From the IMG/VR virus record IMGVR_UViG_2534682162_000012: a stretch of DNA of 35,791 nucleotides; one strand, given 5' to 3'. The position numbers and the translations under genes were made by a program. Of this stretch, positions 20,235 to 29,135 are shown piece after piece. Below the pieces are notes generated by a model. The model was not told the DNA's origin. It saw only the letters and a list, made by a program, of their open reading frames with translations, and made no database searches. This stretch comes from a virus. Its lineage: Duplodnaviria > Heunggongvirae > Uroviricota > Caudoviricetes. How positions within the stretch are numbered: position 1 is the first letter of the stretch; each line of letters opens with the position of its first letter.

Positions 20235-20271
20235 TAACAAATAAATCGAAAAATCATAATCGGATGATTTC

Positions 20272-21294
20272 ATGGCAAAATTAAATGCTAGCGAAAGACT
20301 CGTTACTCATCATAGTCTGACCATTGACACAAAGTTTAGAACCAAGGCAACACAAGAGGTAAAAGCCCAGTGTATATGTCCTGTTCCGGAAATGTACATG
20401 CTTGCCCCATTGATTGTTAAACAAAAGGGACTCGTTCATTCATATGATTCTGGGAATATTGTAGTTACTCTCCAAGATGTACAACTTTATCCTTTACTTC
20501 CAGATAACTCACCCACGCATATTGTCCTTCTTATTAATAGTGTTGATAAAAATGGAAGTACTACCGTTGTAAAAAATACAAATACTAATGAACGCGTTGA
20601 AATCCAACCAAAATATGAACAAGGTGAAGGCTATGAAGTTTCTACCTATGTTGTCATATCATTAAATGGAAATAAAAGAACCTATGATATGATTTGTACA
20701 TCTACCCCAGGTGTATCTACGGCCCGGTTAAATAGTTTTTTAGACAAAATTCTCTTTGAAGTGGCGAAAGACAATGAAGACTTATTTACCGCAAAACATC
20801 CAACTAACGTTATTTCTGCAACATCAAAAAAAGAAGTAAAAATACGATACAAACCAATATTTGAATTTACAGGAATGTTAGACAAGGAGCTTTTTAATAA
20901 AATAAGCCAAAAAGGATTATCAGATGTCATATTAGTCAAGGATCAATTCGGAACAATTAATGCTCCTGATGTTAATTCACCTTACATTCCGACTGAAAGT
21001 ACATTAAAATTACTTCCAAATCATGGTGACAATGTTATTGGATGGATTAAAAATGTAGCATCTCATTTCAATAAAAAAATGAATGGTGGTTATGATAAAT
21101 TAAAGGTTAAATTCCAAGATCCTGAAACAAATAAACCAAGGCAGGTTGATTTCAAAACCTCAAACATCAATCTTAATAATTTAGAAAAAACATTTATTAA
21201 GAAAAGCATTATCGATAACTTTAATTCGCGCCTGAAGGATTCATATGTTAAAATTGAACTAGAGTTTGTTGTGAAAATGATAGATTTGATGTGA
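20272..21294 (+). CDS. Hypothetical soluble protein (340 aa), accessory cassette gene 1
   Basis: Long ORF in AT-rich DNA on the strand opposite to flanking Q and holin; RBS-like GGATGA upstream; no recognisable catalytic motif. Confidence 0.7.
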   Translation: MAKLNASERLVTHHSLTIDTKFRTKATQEVKAQCICPVPEMYMLAPLIVKQKGLVHSYDSGNIVVTLQDVQLYPLLPDNSPTHIVLLINSVDKNGSTTVVKNTNTNERVEIQPKYEQGEGYEVSTYVVISLNGNKRTYDMICTSTPGVSTARLNSFLDKILFEVAKDNEDLFTAKHPTNVISATSKKEVKIRYKPIFEFTGMLDKELFNKISQKGLSDVILVKDQFGTINAPDVNSPYIPTESTLKLLPNHGDNVIGWIKNVASHFNKKMNGGYDKLKVKFQDPETNKPRQVDFKTSNINLNNLEKTFIKKSIIDNFNSRLKDSYVKIELEFVVKMIDLM

Positions 21295-21301
21295 GGTTAT
21301 T

Positions 21302-21886
21302 ATGCCAATACTTTCAGTTTTCTCTCATCTAGGCAAGCCGTTTGGATATCTTTTTATTAAAGGTATTAGCGGCAAAGCTGCATATGATTGGGTAGCACCA
21401 ATTCTACTTACTTCTATCACAGCAGTACTTTTCATTCTATTAAAAATCCCTGTCAAAGATTTATTTGATGACAATGGTTTCATTAAATCAATCGTTTCAT
21501 TTATCTCTAACCTACCAGGGTTTTATATTGCCGCTCTGGCCGCCATAGCAACTTTCAATAGAGCTGAGATTGATTTACCATTGATTAGCAATGAAAGAAA
21601 TGCCTCTATTGAAATAAAAGTAACAAAAGAAAATGGAAAAGTAGTAAATTCAGAGGAGGTTCTGACCAGACGCTTATTTCTTTGCATGCTATTCTCTTTT
21701 TTAACAGCATTAAGCATTGTTATAATAATACTTAATGCTATATTTTCACCATTAATCAATGTCTATCAAAACAGTATTGTTTTAATGGTTTATACTGTTG
21801 TATTTACTTTCCTCGTTTGGCAACTCTTAGTATCAACTTTCTTTGGATTATATTATCTCGGAAACAGAATTCATATGAATTATTAA
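21302..21886 (+). CDS. Integral membrane protein with four predicted TM helices (194 aa), accessory cassette gene 2
   Basis: Starts 8 nt after gene 1 stop; four hydrophobic segments of about 20 residues each. Confidence 0.7.
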   Translation: MPILSVFSHLGKPFGYLFIKGISGKAAYDWVAPILLTSITAVLFILLKIPVKDLFDDNGFIKSIVSFISNLPGFYIAALAAIATFNRAEIDLPLISNERNASIEIKVTKENGKVVNSEEVLTRRLFLCMLFSFLTALSIVIIILNAIFSPLINVYQNSIVLMVYTVVFTFLVWQLLVSTFFGLYYLGNRIHMNY

Positions 21887-21903
21887 GCCCTACAGGGGCT
21901 TAA
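21883..21903. terminator. Hairpin at the convergent junction of the cassette and Q
   Basis: 8-bp stem TTAAGCCC/GGGCTTAA with 5-nt loop overlapping both stop codons; flanks are A/T-rich but without clean T-runs. Confidence 0.35.
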
Positions 21904-22255
21904 TAATCAACAAAATACCTTCAATCACTCCTATTGCTGCTTGAAGTTGTTTTCTGATTGACCCGTCAGAGCATTTCCGTTTCTTTGCTATTGAACGGAG
22001 TGAAATACCGATAACAAAGTGAGCAATGATCAGTTCATATTCTTCTGGCTTATATTTCCGCAATCGCGCAACACAGCTGTCAATCATGATTCCTTCATCA
22101 TCATCGCATTGTTGGCGTGTTTTCTTTCCATGAGGTAGTAAACCTTTAAACCCTGCAGCAACAGGCTGCCAGTCCACACCACTGTTATCTGCTGCAGCCC
22201 ATGCTCCCCAGCGGTCCAATACTTCATACATATCACGCATCAACCTTCTCCACAA
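21890..22255 (-). CDS. Late-gene antiterminator Q (Phage_antitermQ-type)
   Basis: 121-aa protein with the VLDRWGAWA...AGFKGL motif I recall from Q-family antiterminators of 933W-type phages; positioned upstream of lysis genes. Confidence 0.65.
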   Translation of the reverse strand: MWRRLMRDMYEVLDRWGAWAAADNSGVDWQPVAAGFKGLLPHGKKTRQQCDDDEGIMIDSCVARLRKYKPEEYELIIAHFVIGISLRSIAKKRKCSDGSIRKQLQAAIGVIEGILLIIKPL

Positions 22256-22257
22256 AA

Positions 22258-23253
22258 TCAGGCCAGCACGCCAATTGCCAGCGCACGATCGATAAAACGA
22301 AATATCAGCTCCAGCTGGGAGCCATACTTCTCTTCAAATGCCACGGTATCCGCATGCAGCTCGTCGTGATGCTTTCTGCACAAAGGCAACACAAAGAGAT
22401 CATGCGCTTTTGTACCCATTCCACCCTGACCGTGGCCTATCAGGTGGTGGGGATCATCAGCAGGCTTTCCACAACATGCACACGGCTGCGTCTTAACCCA
22501 GCGCGTGTACTTTTCATTAACCCAGCGGCGACGTTTTGGGCGTAACATAAAAGACTCCGGCGACTCCGGATCCACTTTCAGCGCCAGCACCTTTTTCGCC
22601 TTATCCTGGATGATGCTGGTGGCAGGAACCGAAGGCACAAGGTCACTTTCCCGGGTGACAGACGGCACAACAGGCTTCGGTAATCTCAGTGCCTTACGGG
22701 CTGCACTTTCCGGTAAGGCATCCGCCAGGTCATTACGAATCAGCCACCAGCACAGTTCCGGAATTGTCACAACGTGACTATCATCAAAACCGAGATCACG
22801 GCGCACAACAGATAACACCCAGCGGGCACAGTTATCCGTTGCCATTGATTCCAGCCGTTCCGTGAACTGATCGCGCAGCTGGTTATCGCAGTGCCAGCAC
22901 AGACGAATTGCTCCCGGAGCGTGCCGCATTGTGGTCATGTTCTCGCTGTGCCAGTCGGAATGAAGCCACTGGCAGCCTTTTTCACGAAGTAACCAGCTTT
23001 CAAGACATTCCACGCCACCAGCACGACGGATCACTGCCTCATTGCGGAACACGGCCCGAACGGCAGGATCATCCGCCAGCGGTTGTGATGCCGCCGGAAC
23101 GGCACCACTGGCGAAAGATGAATAACGTTCCGGCTCAGGCTCCAGCAGGACACGCCCCTGCATAAACAGGGGCATCAGCTCTGAACCTGGTCTGAACAAT
23201 ACGATCCCCATACGCGGGGCAATTTCAGGGGTCAGTAGTGCTCTCACAGTCAC
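22258..23253 (-). CDS. DUF968-like prophage protein with C-terminal Cys/His HNH-like motif
   Basis: 331-aa ORF; C-terminal CACCGKP..HHLIGHG...CRKHHDELH; resembles YdfU-type proteins. Confidence 0.55.
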   Translation of the reverse strand: MTVRALLTPEIAPRMGIVLFRPGSELMPLFMQGRVLLEPEPERYSSFASGAVPAASQPLADDPAVRAVFRNEAVIRRAGGVECLESWLLREKGCQWLHSDWHSENMTTMRHAPGAIRLCWHCDNQLRDQFTERLESMATDNCARWVLSVVRRDLGFDDSHVVTIPELCWWLIRNDLADALPESAARKALRLPKPVVPSVTRESDLVPSVPATSIIQDKAKKVLALKVDPESPESFMLRPKRRRWVNEKYTRWVKTQPCACCGKPADDPHHLIGHGQGGMGTKAHDLFVLPLCRKHHDELHADTVAFEEKYGSQLELIFRFIDRALAIGVLA

Positions 23254-23254
23254 C

Positions 23255-24052
23255 TCAATGAACGGTATCGAGCAGCTTTAACAGCTCAGGGAATCGGGAT
23301 TCGAAGAAATGCGGCTGCGTCTCGCGCGGATTTGCAGGACTGGTAATGTTCTTGCCGAACATGCAGCCTTTCGCCGTCAGCGACCAGAATTTTTTGATGT
23401 TGTTAATCGCGGTACGGCTGTATCGTTCGCGTTGTTCAACGATCCCCAGCTTCGCCATCTGGTGATATGCCTGATTAGCTGTCAGGCGGATACCATACTG
23501 TTTCAGCAGTGCACTCAGCGACAGCGTAGGGCGACTTGAGCCATCAGGCGCGTCAGCAGGAGCATCAATGGCATAGCGCGGTGCCAGATTCGGTAAACCA
23601 ACAGCCTCCTGGAGTTTCTGACAGGCACCAAGCACTGAAGAGTTAGACAGGTTTAATTCCCGGCGCATAAAGTCCAGCAGAATCACACCAGCCTGCATCT
23701 TGTCAGCAGCCTGTCCGGATAATTTTTCCGGTGCGCTGGTTACCATATCGAAAGTACGGATCACCTTCAGATGGAATGACGGGCTGATCCACATTGCATA
23801 GGCATACACCAGTTCCTTGCAGACATACGTCCCCTGGTTATTTCCGCCACGAATAACGTTAACTGGCTCTATATTGACCGAGTTGCAAATCTGCAACTCG
23901 CTTATTAAACGTTCAGTTTGCTCATTGCGGAGCCAGAATGCAGGCTTATGCTTATCCAGAGAACCGGCAGCCCTGTGCAGATCGTTCAGGCTGTAACGCC
24001 CATAAGCATCACGACGAACTTCAATACCATCAATGACCATCAGATTATTCAT
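23255..24052 (-). CDS. KilA-N domain protein (antirepressor-like)
   Basis: N-terminal KilA-N-like region (IDGIEVRRDAYGRYSLNDLHRAAG) with a distinct C-terminal domain. Confidence 0.6.
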   Translation of the reverse strand: MNNLMVIDGIEVRRDAYGRYSLNDLHRAAGSLDKHKPAFWLRNEQTERLISELQICNSVNIEPVNVIRGGNNQGTYVCKELVYAYAMWISPSFHLKVIRTFDMVTSAPEKLSGQAADKMQAGVILLDFMRRELNLSNSSVLGACQKLQEAVGLPNLAPRYAIDAPADAPDGSSRPTLSLSALLKQYGIRLTANQAYHQMAKLGIVEQRERYSRTAINNIKKFWSLTAKGCMFGKNITSPANPRETQPHFFESRFPELLKLLDTVH

Positions 24053-24071
24053 ACTTCGTTTCTCCTCTTAA

Positions 24072-24461
24072 TCAGGCGGCTGCACCCGCCGGTTTCTCGT
24101 ACTTACTGATAGTGATCTCGACCTTCCCTTCCGGGATAACCGGTCCCCACTCCACCAACATTCTTTTCACTTGGCTGTCGTCTTCCCACACACCCGCGTG
24201 GGTCAGGGCGTCAAACAGCGCCTTGTTATAGTTGTCCAGATCGCGGATCCGGTTATCCGGAGGAAACAACACGATCTCCACTGAAGCAGGTGCCGACGTT
24301 GGTTTCGGCAGACGACGTAACTGCTCAACTATTGCTGCGCACGCTGCGCTCTGGAATTTTCGCCCCGCCGCGCTTATCAGGCTCTTACCAGCAAACGCCC
24401 CTTTGTTGGGGTGTCGCCAGTACGTGTTCACGCTGGGCGGAAAAGGCAGGATCAGCTTCAT
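24072..24461 (-). CDS. rusA: Holliday junction resolvase RusA-like
   Basis: 129-aa ORF with the characteristic N-terminal PPSVNTYWRH motif and acidic catalytic region (DLDNYNKALFDAL). Confidence 0.8.
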   Translation of the reverse strand: MKLILPFPPSVNTYWRHPNKGAFAGKSLISAAGRKFQSAACAAIVEQLRRLPKPTSAPASVEIVLFPPDNRIRDLDNYNKALFDALTHAGVWEDDSQVKRMLVEWGPVIPEGKVEITISKYEKPAGAAA

Positions 24462-24784
24462 ACTTTCAGGCCCCTCTCATGTAACCAGTGGGTTGCACGC
24501 AGCTTTGCGTTTTCCTCACCGGCAAGCAGTGCGCGGATAATCCCGACCGCCTCGCTGTCGTCGTCCTTCACCGCGGTATGAAGCGTTATCCCCCGGGCCA
24601 CGCCACGCTTTATCGTGATGACGCCTTTTTTCTCCAGTGCACGAAGATGCTCTACCGCTGCATTCACTGAACGGTATCCCAGCATGGTAGCCACCTCCTG
24701 ATTGGTTGGCGGGAAGCCACGTTCTTTCTGGTAAGAAATCAGCATATCCAGCACCTGCTGCTGGCATTGAGTTAACGTCGTCAT
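24458..24784 (-). CDS. LexA DNA-binding-domain homologue lacking the S24 peptidase domain
   Basis: Start at the internal ATG (MTTLTQCQQQVLD...), which overlaps the upstream stop as TAATG; aligns by eye with LexA N-terminal winged helix (PPT..E.A..LG.RS.NAA.EHL.AL..KGVI.I..G..RGI.L). Confidence 0.55.
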   Translation of the reverse strand: MTTLTQCQQQVLDMLISYQKERGFPPTNQEVATMLGYRSVNAAVEHLRALEKKGVITIKRGVARGITLHTAVKDDDSEAVGIIRALLAGEENAKLRATHWLHERGLKV

Positions 24785-25272
24785 TAAGCCCCCACGTAAT
24801 TCCCTGACAGATACCACTCTTCACCCGATGCAGCGCGCTTGCTGCTTTTCCGTAAGCACCGCTCACGACGTGCCAGAAAATTGTTTCGTTCTGGCTGGGA
24901 GTGGCTTTCACGGAATGCCGCCATCCACACGGTTGCAGCACGACGGTATAAGCCCCTTGACTCCAGTTCTTCAGCCTGGCGGGTCAGGCACAAAATCACC
25001 CGTGGATCGTTAGTGCCGACATAGAAATTGCGCACAGGTCTGGTTTCACGAACTGGTTGTGGTTCCGGCTCCAGCGCTCTCTCAGTCAGGCGCGGGAAAT
25101 GTCTGCGTGTATCTCCTTCACAACGGTGAGCCACACGCCCACTCTGACGTAACTTGCTTGCTGACTGCAGAACGCGCTGCCGTGAGTAACCTGCAAAAGC
25201 ATCCGCAATGTCTCCGGAAGTACACCCCGGATGGGCTTCAATGAATTTCTGAACTTCATTCAAAAGACTCAT
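24784..25272 (-). CDS. Hypothetical basic protein (162 aa), replication-region gene
   Basis: ORF between the replication initiator and the LexA-like gene; Arg-rich; no motif recognised. Confidence 0.4.
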   Translation of the reverse strand: MSLLNEVQKFIEAHPGCTSGDIADAFAGYSRQRVLQSASKLRQSGRVAHRCEGDTRRHFPRLTERALEPEPQPVRETRPVRNFYVGTNDPRVILCLTRQAEELESRGLYRRAATVWMAAFRESHSQPERNNFLARRERCLRKSSKRAASGEEWYLSGNYVGA

Positions 25273-25274
25273 GA

Positions 25275-26216
25275 TTACCCCCTGAATCCTGCCGGGATCT
25301 GGCTGTAGTCCACGTTGTCGTAACTGGATTTGAAGTACGGGTCTTCGCGTTTTTCGGTGTACGTGCTTACGGACGGCGATAAGCGCAGGGAAAGCTCATC
25401 CCATTTTTCCCGCAGCTTCGACGGGCTGAGCACGTTACGGCACCAGAACGGATCGCGGCTGACGCGGCTGTACATCTCGCAGATTTGTTTGTGAGTACGA
25501 CCATCCTGCACACACATCAGGCGAATTTCGTTTGCCCAGGCTGTCCAGTTCGGTTCTTTGGGACGAACCACCTCGCCGTCACATTCGGCAGCCAGCTCGT
25601 ACAGGGCGATGATTTTTTTCCAGAGCCACTGTGCGCAGGTCAAATCATCCTGCGTTCCCCACTGGCGCTTTTTAGGGCTGAATACAACCGCATCAGGATG
25701 GCGAGTTAAAAAATCCTGTTCATCCGTCTGCGTGTCCGGTTGCGAAGCGTCCGGACGAGAAGGTTTTTTATCTGACGGATCATGTTTTGATTTTACTGAC
25801 GGATCCCCGCCAGATTCTGACGGGTGAAAACCCGCTTTTTTGCCAGATTTCGACGCATCAAATTTTGACGGGTCAGATTTTGATGCGTCAGATTTTGACG
25901 GGTCAGAATCTGACAGTTGAGAAAATGCCGCTGCCTGAAGCTTCGCAACGTTAAGCTGATAAACATTCGACGCATTGCGGTTACCCTGGCGACGCGCCTT
26001 ACGCGTTAACCAGCCTTCTGCTTCCAGCCGTGCGATAGCCGTTCTGACGGTACTCATCCCCGCGCCAATCTGACGGGCAATGGTTTCAATTGATGGCCAG
26101 CACACACCTTCGTCATTACTGAAATCAGCCAGGCGGGCCATAATTGCCACGCTGGATAATTTCATGCCTGACGCTGCGCAACCATCCCATACATAGCCGG
26201 TTAATTTAGTGCTCAT
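25275..26216 (-). CDS. Replication initiator protein (lambda O-like; N-terminal HTH)
   Basis: 313-aa ORF with an N-terminal HTH-like domain, a central low-complexity SDxSKxD repeat region encoded by the iterons, and a C-terminal domain. Confidence 0.65.
   Translation of the reverse strand: MSTKLTGYVWDGCAASGMKLSSVAIMARLADFSNDEGVCWPSIETIARQIGAGMSTVRTAIARLEAEGWLTRKARRQGNRNASNVYQLNVAKLQAAAFSQLSDSDPSKSDASKSDPSKFDASKSGKKAGFHPSESGGDPSVKSKHDPSDKKPSRPDASQPDTQTDEQDFLTRHPDAVVFSPKKRQWGTQDDLTCAQWLWKKIIALYELAAECDGEVVRPKEPNWTAWANEIRLMCVQDGRTHKQICEMYSRVSRDPFWCRNVLSPSKLREKWDELSLRLSPSVSTYTEKREDPYFKSSYDNVDYSQIPAGFRG
25811..25918. repeat. Origin-like iteron array inside the initiator gene
   Basis: Five contiguous copies of a 15-bp unit (consensus about CAGATTTTGACGGGT) plus an outlying copy at 25811 and TGACGG half-sites from about 25770. 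Confidence 0.6.
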
Positions 26217-26225
26217 GACCGACCT

Positions 26226-26564
26226 CTATTTCCCTGAATTTACGACGAAACTGTTCGAGCGGACTGAAGCACTCATGCTCATAGCCTTCGCGGAGGTAGA
26301 TAACCCGTTGTGTTTCCGGTTCCCAACGAATGACTCTGACGGGCACTCCGTAGTGATCTTTGAACCAGCGGTTAACTTGTCGCAAAGGACTGTCTCCTTC
26401 TGCCGGTTGAAATCACCCACAGCCCACTCTGCAAAGCTGTGGGTTACAATTTCCCTGTCACCTGGTACATTTACTGCATAGCAATACTCCACCTTCGCTT
26501 TTCCACCCGGTACAGGAAGCGCAATCAGTTGCGAGCGACGGTAGTGTGTTGTTAAACTGTTCAT
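26226..26564 (-). CDS. Hypothetical protein (112 aa, YmfM-like)
   Basis: ORF between the regulator block and the initiator; length matches e14 YmfM from memory. Confidence 0.4.
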   Translation of the reverse strand: MNSLTTHYRRSQLIALPVPGGKAKVEYCYAVNVPGDREIVTHSFAEWAVGDFNRQKETVLCDKLTAGSKITTECPSESFVGNRKHNGLSTSAKAMSMSASVRSNSFVVNSGK

Positions 26565-27145
26565 GCGTTAGTTTCTCCACAGTCACGACACGCCACGGCG
26601 CCCGGAGCTGCACACTCGCGGGCGTCATTACTTTCTGAAATGCAAAAGATTTTGTAGACCAGTGCTGCATGCTCCTGCAGCTTCGAAATTGAGAGGTACA
26701 GCTCGTCGTTAATTGCTGTTTTCTCATGCGGTTCCACTACACCGTCTTCGATTGCTGAACGAATCTGTTTTGAATAACTGCCGATCTGTTCAATGACTTC
26801 CAGCAGACGCTGGTTAATATCGGCGTTGTCCACATCCTCGACGTCAGGAAGAGACACAAATACGCCATTTGCAGACTGCGCCACAGCATCAGCAATGAAG
26901 TGAGTGCCACCAGCACGCTGTAAAACCATTGCCCATCCCAGCGGGAAAATCTGATCGCCATCGGCACGAAGGCGGTTAAATAATGCGCTCTCTGTTACAT
27001 CCAGCCAGTCAGCAGCTTCAGCGTAACCCCCCGGCAACGCTGCGATAGTTTTTCTGACAGCTTTCACGTACCACTTAGGCTGTTTTTCTACTTTCCAGTG
27101 ATGCTTACCCACGGCTATCTCCTTAAAACTGTGGTTACTTTTCAT
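26561..27145 (-). CDS. Putative early regulatory protein (YmfL/CII-like)
   Basis: Start chosen at the internal ATG ([17 protein letters not shown]...) directly downstream of the Cro-like gene; function inferred from position only. Confidence 0.4.
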   Translation of the reverse strand: MKSNHSFKEIAVGKHHWKVEKQPKWYVKAVRKTIAALPGGYAEAADWLDVTESALFNRLRADGDQIFPLGWAMVLQRAGGTHFIADAVAQSANGVFVSLPDVEDVDNADINQRLLEVIEQIGSYSKQIRSAIEDGVVEPHEKTAINDELYLSISKLQEHAALVYKIFCISESNDARECAAPGAVACRDCGETNA

Positions 27146-27383
27146 CTGATGAATCTTTAATCTTTTGAAAAATATCTGGACGTAATTTTTCTTTTGATAT
27201 GCCAGTGGTCTTTTCAATGAATATCGAGAGCTTTGCAGGGGGACGCTTTTCTCTGTTCAACCAGTTCCAGACATGTTGTTGCTTTACTAAATGACCGCTG
27301 CTGGCTGTGAGCTTCCGAGCCAATTCTGATTGACCACCAGCCAGAGCGATTGCCTCCGATAAGGCTAATTGCTCAGGTGTCAT
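27135..27383 (-). CDS. Cro-like HTH transcriptional regulator
   Basis: 82-aa ORF divergent from the repressor gene with an HTH-like region (ELARKLTASSGHLVKQQHVWNW); AGGAG RBS. Confidence 0.6.
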   Translation of the reverse strand: MTPEQLALSEAIALAGGQSELARKLTASSGHLVKQQHVWNWLNREKRPPAKLSIFIEKTTGISKEKLRPDIFQKIKDSSDEK

Positions 27384-27518
27384 AGCTTTCTCCTTTTTAG
27401 GTAGTTAAGTTGTTACGAGTTGCAAGAATACAACATTAACAACTTTTATCACAACTTTTAGGTGTTGGAAAGCTAAAACATAAAGTTGTAACCTCATCAA
27501 AAAAGAGAGGGATATGTT
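27384..27518. promoter_or_regulatory. OR-like operator/promoter region between cro and cI
   Basis: Heptamers AAGTTGT (27407, 27483) and ACAACTT (27439, 27451) arranged symmetrically as AAGTTGT-N25-ACAACTT-N5-ACAACTT-N25-AAGTTGT. Confidence 0.55.
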
Positions 27519-28205
27519 GTGAAAACACTGGCAGAACGATTAAAGATAGGTAGAGAGAAAGCTGGCATGAGCCAAGCTCAACTAGCTGAAAAAATTGGAC
27601 TTTCACAACAATCTGTAGCCAAAATAGAGAATGGCGAAACTCTACAACCGCGCAAAATTAAAGAAATTGCAAAAGTTTTAGGTGTATCACAAAAGTGGTT
27701 ACAACTTGGTATTGAAGACAACGCATCCATACCTGATCTTGTTGTAAAAGAAGCAGAAAGCACCGCATTAGACCCCGATATTTTCGTAAACATTCCTGTT
27801 TTAGATGTCGAGTTATCGGCAGGTAACGGATGTCTGGCTGAAATAGTTGAATCAGCTATTGACTGGTTTCCGTTAAGAAGAGCAGATTTGAGAAAATCTG
27901 GCGTATGTGCATCTAATGCCAAGATCGTAAAAATATGGGGGAACAGTTTATTACCGGTTCTCAATAATGGAGATCTTGTTGCCGTTGATATTTCTCAAAC
28001 CGTTCCTATTCGTGATGGCGATCTTTATGCCGTACGAGATGGTGTATTGCTAAGGGTTAAAATACTTATCAACTTACCTGACGGTGGCTTGATTCTTAGA
28101 AGCTTCAACAAAGATGAGTACCCAGATGAAATACTCACCTTTGAAGATAGACGAGCCAGAATTCATGTTATAGGTAGGGTATTCTGGTCATCGCGAACTT
28201 GGTAA
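27519..28205 (+). CDS. CI-like repressor (XRE HTH plus S24 LexA-like peptidase domain)
   Basis: GTG start with AAGAGAGGG RBS; N-terminal HTH (MSQAQLAEKIGLSQQSVAKIENGE) and C-terminal S24-like autocleavage domain with Ala-Gly-type cleavage region. Confidence 0.85.
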   Translation: MKTLAERLKIGREKAGMSQAQLAEKIGLSQQSVAKIENGETLQPRKIKEIAKVLGVSQKWLQLGIEDNASIPDLVVKEAESTALDPDIFVNIPVLDVELSAGNGCLAEIVESAIDWFPLRRADLRKSGVCASNAKIVKIWGNSLLPVLNNGDLVAVDISQTVPIRDGDLYAVRDGVLLRVKILINLPDGGLILRSFNKDEYPDEILTFEDRRARIHVIGRVFWSSRTW

Positions 28206-29078
28206 TGCATCGAAAAGCATTTCTTCAGAAATAATTTTAAGTTTTGCACCATTATCATCCCTATAAGATATAGCCTTTTCGATCTTCCTTCCGTGACTTG
28301 AGAATTTCCAATCACGGGAGGAAAGCGTCCCAATTACTAAAAAATCCAACTTTTGAGTAATTCCACTACTGATGTTCCCACCAGCATTTTTAATCAAATT
28401 TTCAACTACGGCTCTCTTTCCTGCAACAAAAGTGCCTGTAAGACAATAGGTTTTACCCTCTAACTCTATCGAAGCCCCTACATCAATAGGCAGCCTGGTC
28501 GCCAAACCATCCACCACCCCACTTTCCAAGTCACATCCTGTGAAGTCTACTAATGCCTTATGTAGAGTTAAACTCTCATCTTCAGTAATAACACCATCTT
28601 TAAGAATTTCCTTTACAAGTGCATAAAGTTTTTTTCCTGGGTAGTTGTTCTTCAAAGCTCCATTTTGCTCAAGCCACCAATTAAGATATCTTATTTCTTC
28701 TTGAGTTAAGTTCCGATCAGCAATTAATCCTTTACATAGTCCATTAAGTAAATGGACATCTACATCCTTGGAGTAAAAATCAATTTCAGGGATATCAAGA
28801 ATTTCCCTCTGTATTTGGAGAAGGCTATTTTTAAGGTCATCACGTTCTTCTGATGTGATTATTCCATCCGCAAGAATATCCGACACCCGTGCTGATAGAC
28901 TTTTTATAACTCCATTATTGATAATCTGCTTTGCTTCAAGTAACCATGTATCTAAGTAAAGAACCTCCTCTTCACGGACAACTCCATCTGCAATGATTCC
29001 ATCAATGATGCTAATCAAGTTAGCAAATAACTTGTCCCGGTTCTGTGTGTAATTAAAAGCGTAAAGCGCGTCTTCCAT
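28188..29078 (-). CDS. Tandem-repeat protein with C-terminal BRCT domain (296 aa), accessory
   Basis: Start at ATG 29078 (MEDALYAF...) with AAGGAGG RBS; four repeats of about 45 aa (DG(V/I)(V/I)..EE...L..WL); C-terminal GKTYCLTGTF...DFLVIG BRCT-like fold; AT-rich by eye; overlaps cI 3' end by 18 nt. Confidence 0.65.
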   Translation of the reverse strand: MEDALYAFNYTQNRDKLFANLISIIDGIIADGVVREEEVLYLDTWLLEAKQIINNGVIKSLSARVSDILADGIITSEERDDLKNSLLQIQREILDIPEIDFYSKDVDVHLLNGLCKGLIADRNLTQEEIRYLNWWLEQNGALKNNYPGKKLYALVKEILKDGVITEDESLTLHKALVDFTGCDLESGVVDGLATRLPIDVGASIELEGKTYCLTGTFVAGKRAVVENLIKNAGGNISSGITQKLDFLVIGTLSSRDWKFSSHGRKIEKAISYRDDNGAKLKIISEEMLFDALPSSR

Positions 29079-29135
29079 ACAACCTCCTTTTTTTGATAAT
29101 CCTTGCACTCCTTGGCTACTCGTTCAAACCACATA

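Noticed and set aside
24516-24941. 141-aa minus-strand ORF overlapping the LexA-like and 162-aa genes
   Set aside because: Out of frame with two better-supported genes; Gly/Arg-rich translation; no start context.
25811-25918. Possible CRISPR-like array from the regular 15-bp repeats
   Set aside because: Repeats are contiguous without spacers, lie inside a coding frame and encode a peptide repeat; they fit origin iterons and no cas genes are nearby.
26209-26481. Plus-strand 90-aa ORF overlapping the YmfM-like gene
   Set aside because: Antisense to a gene that fits the co-directional early operon; no RBS.
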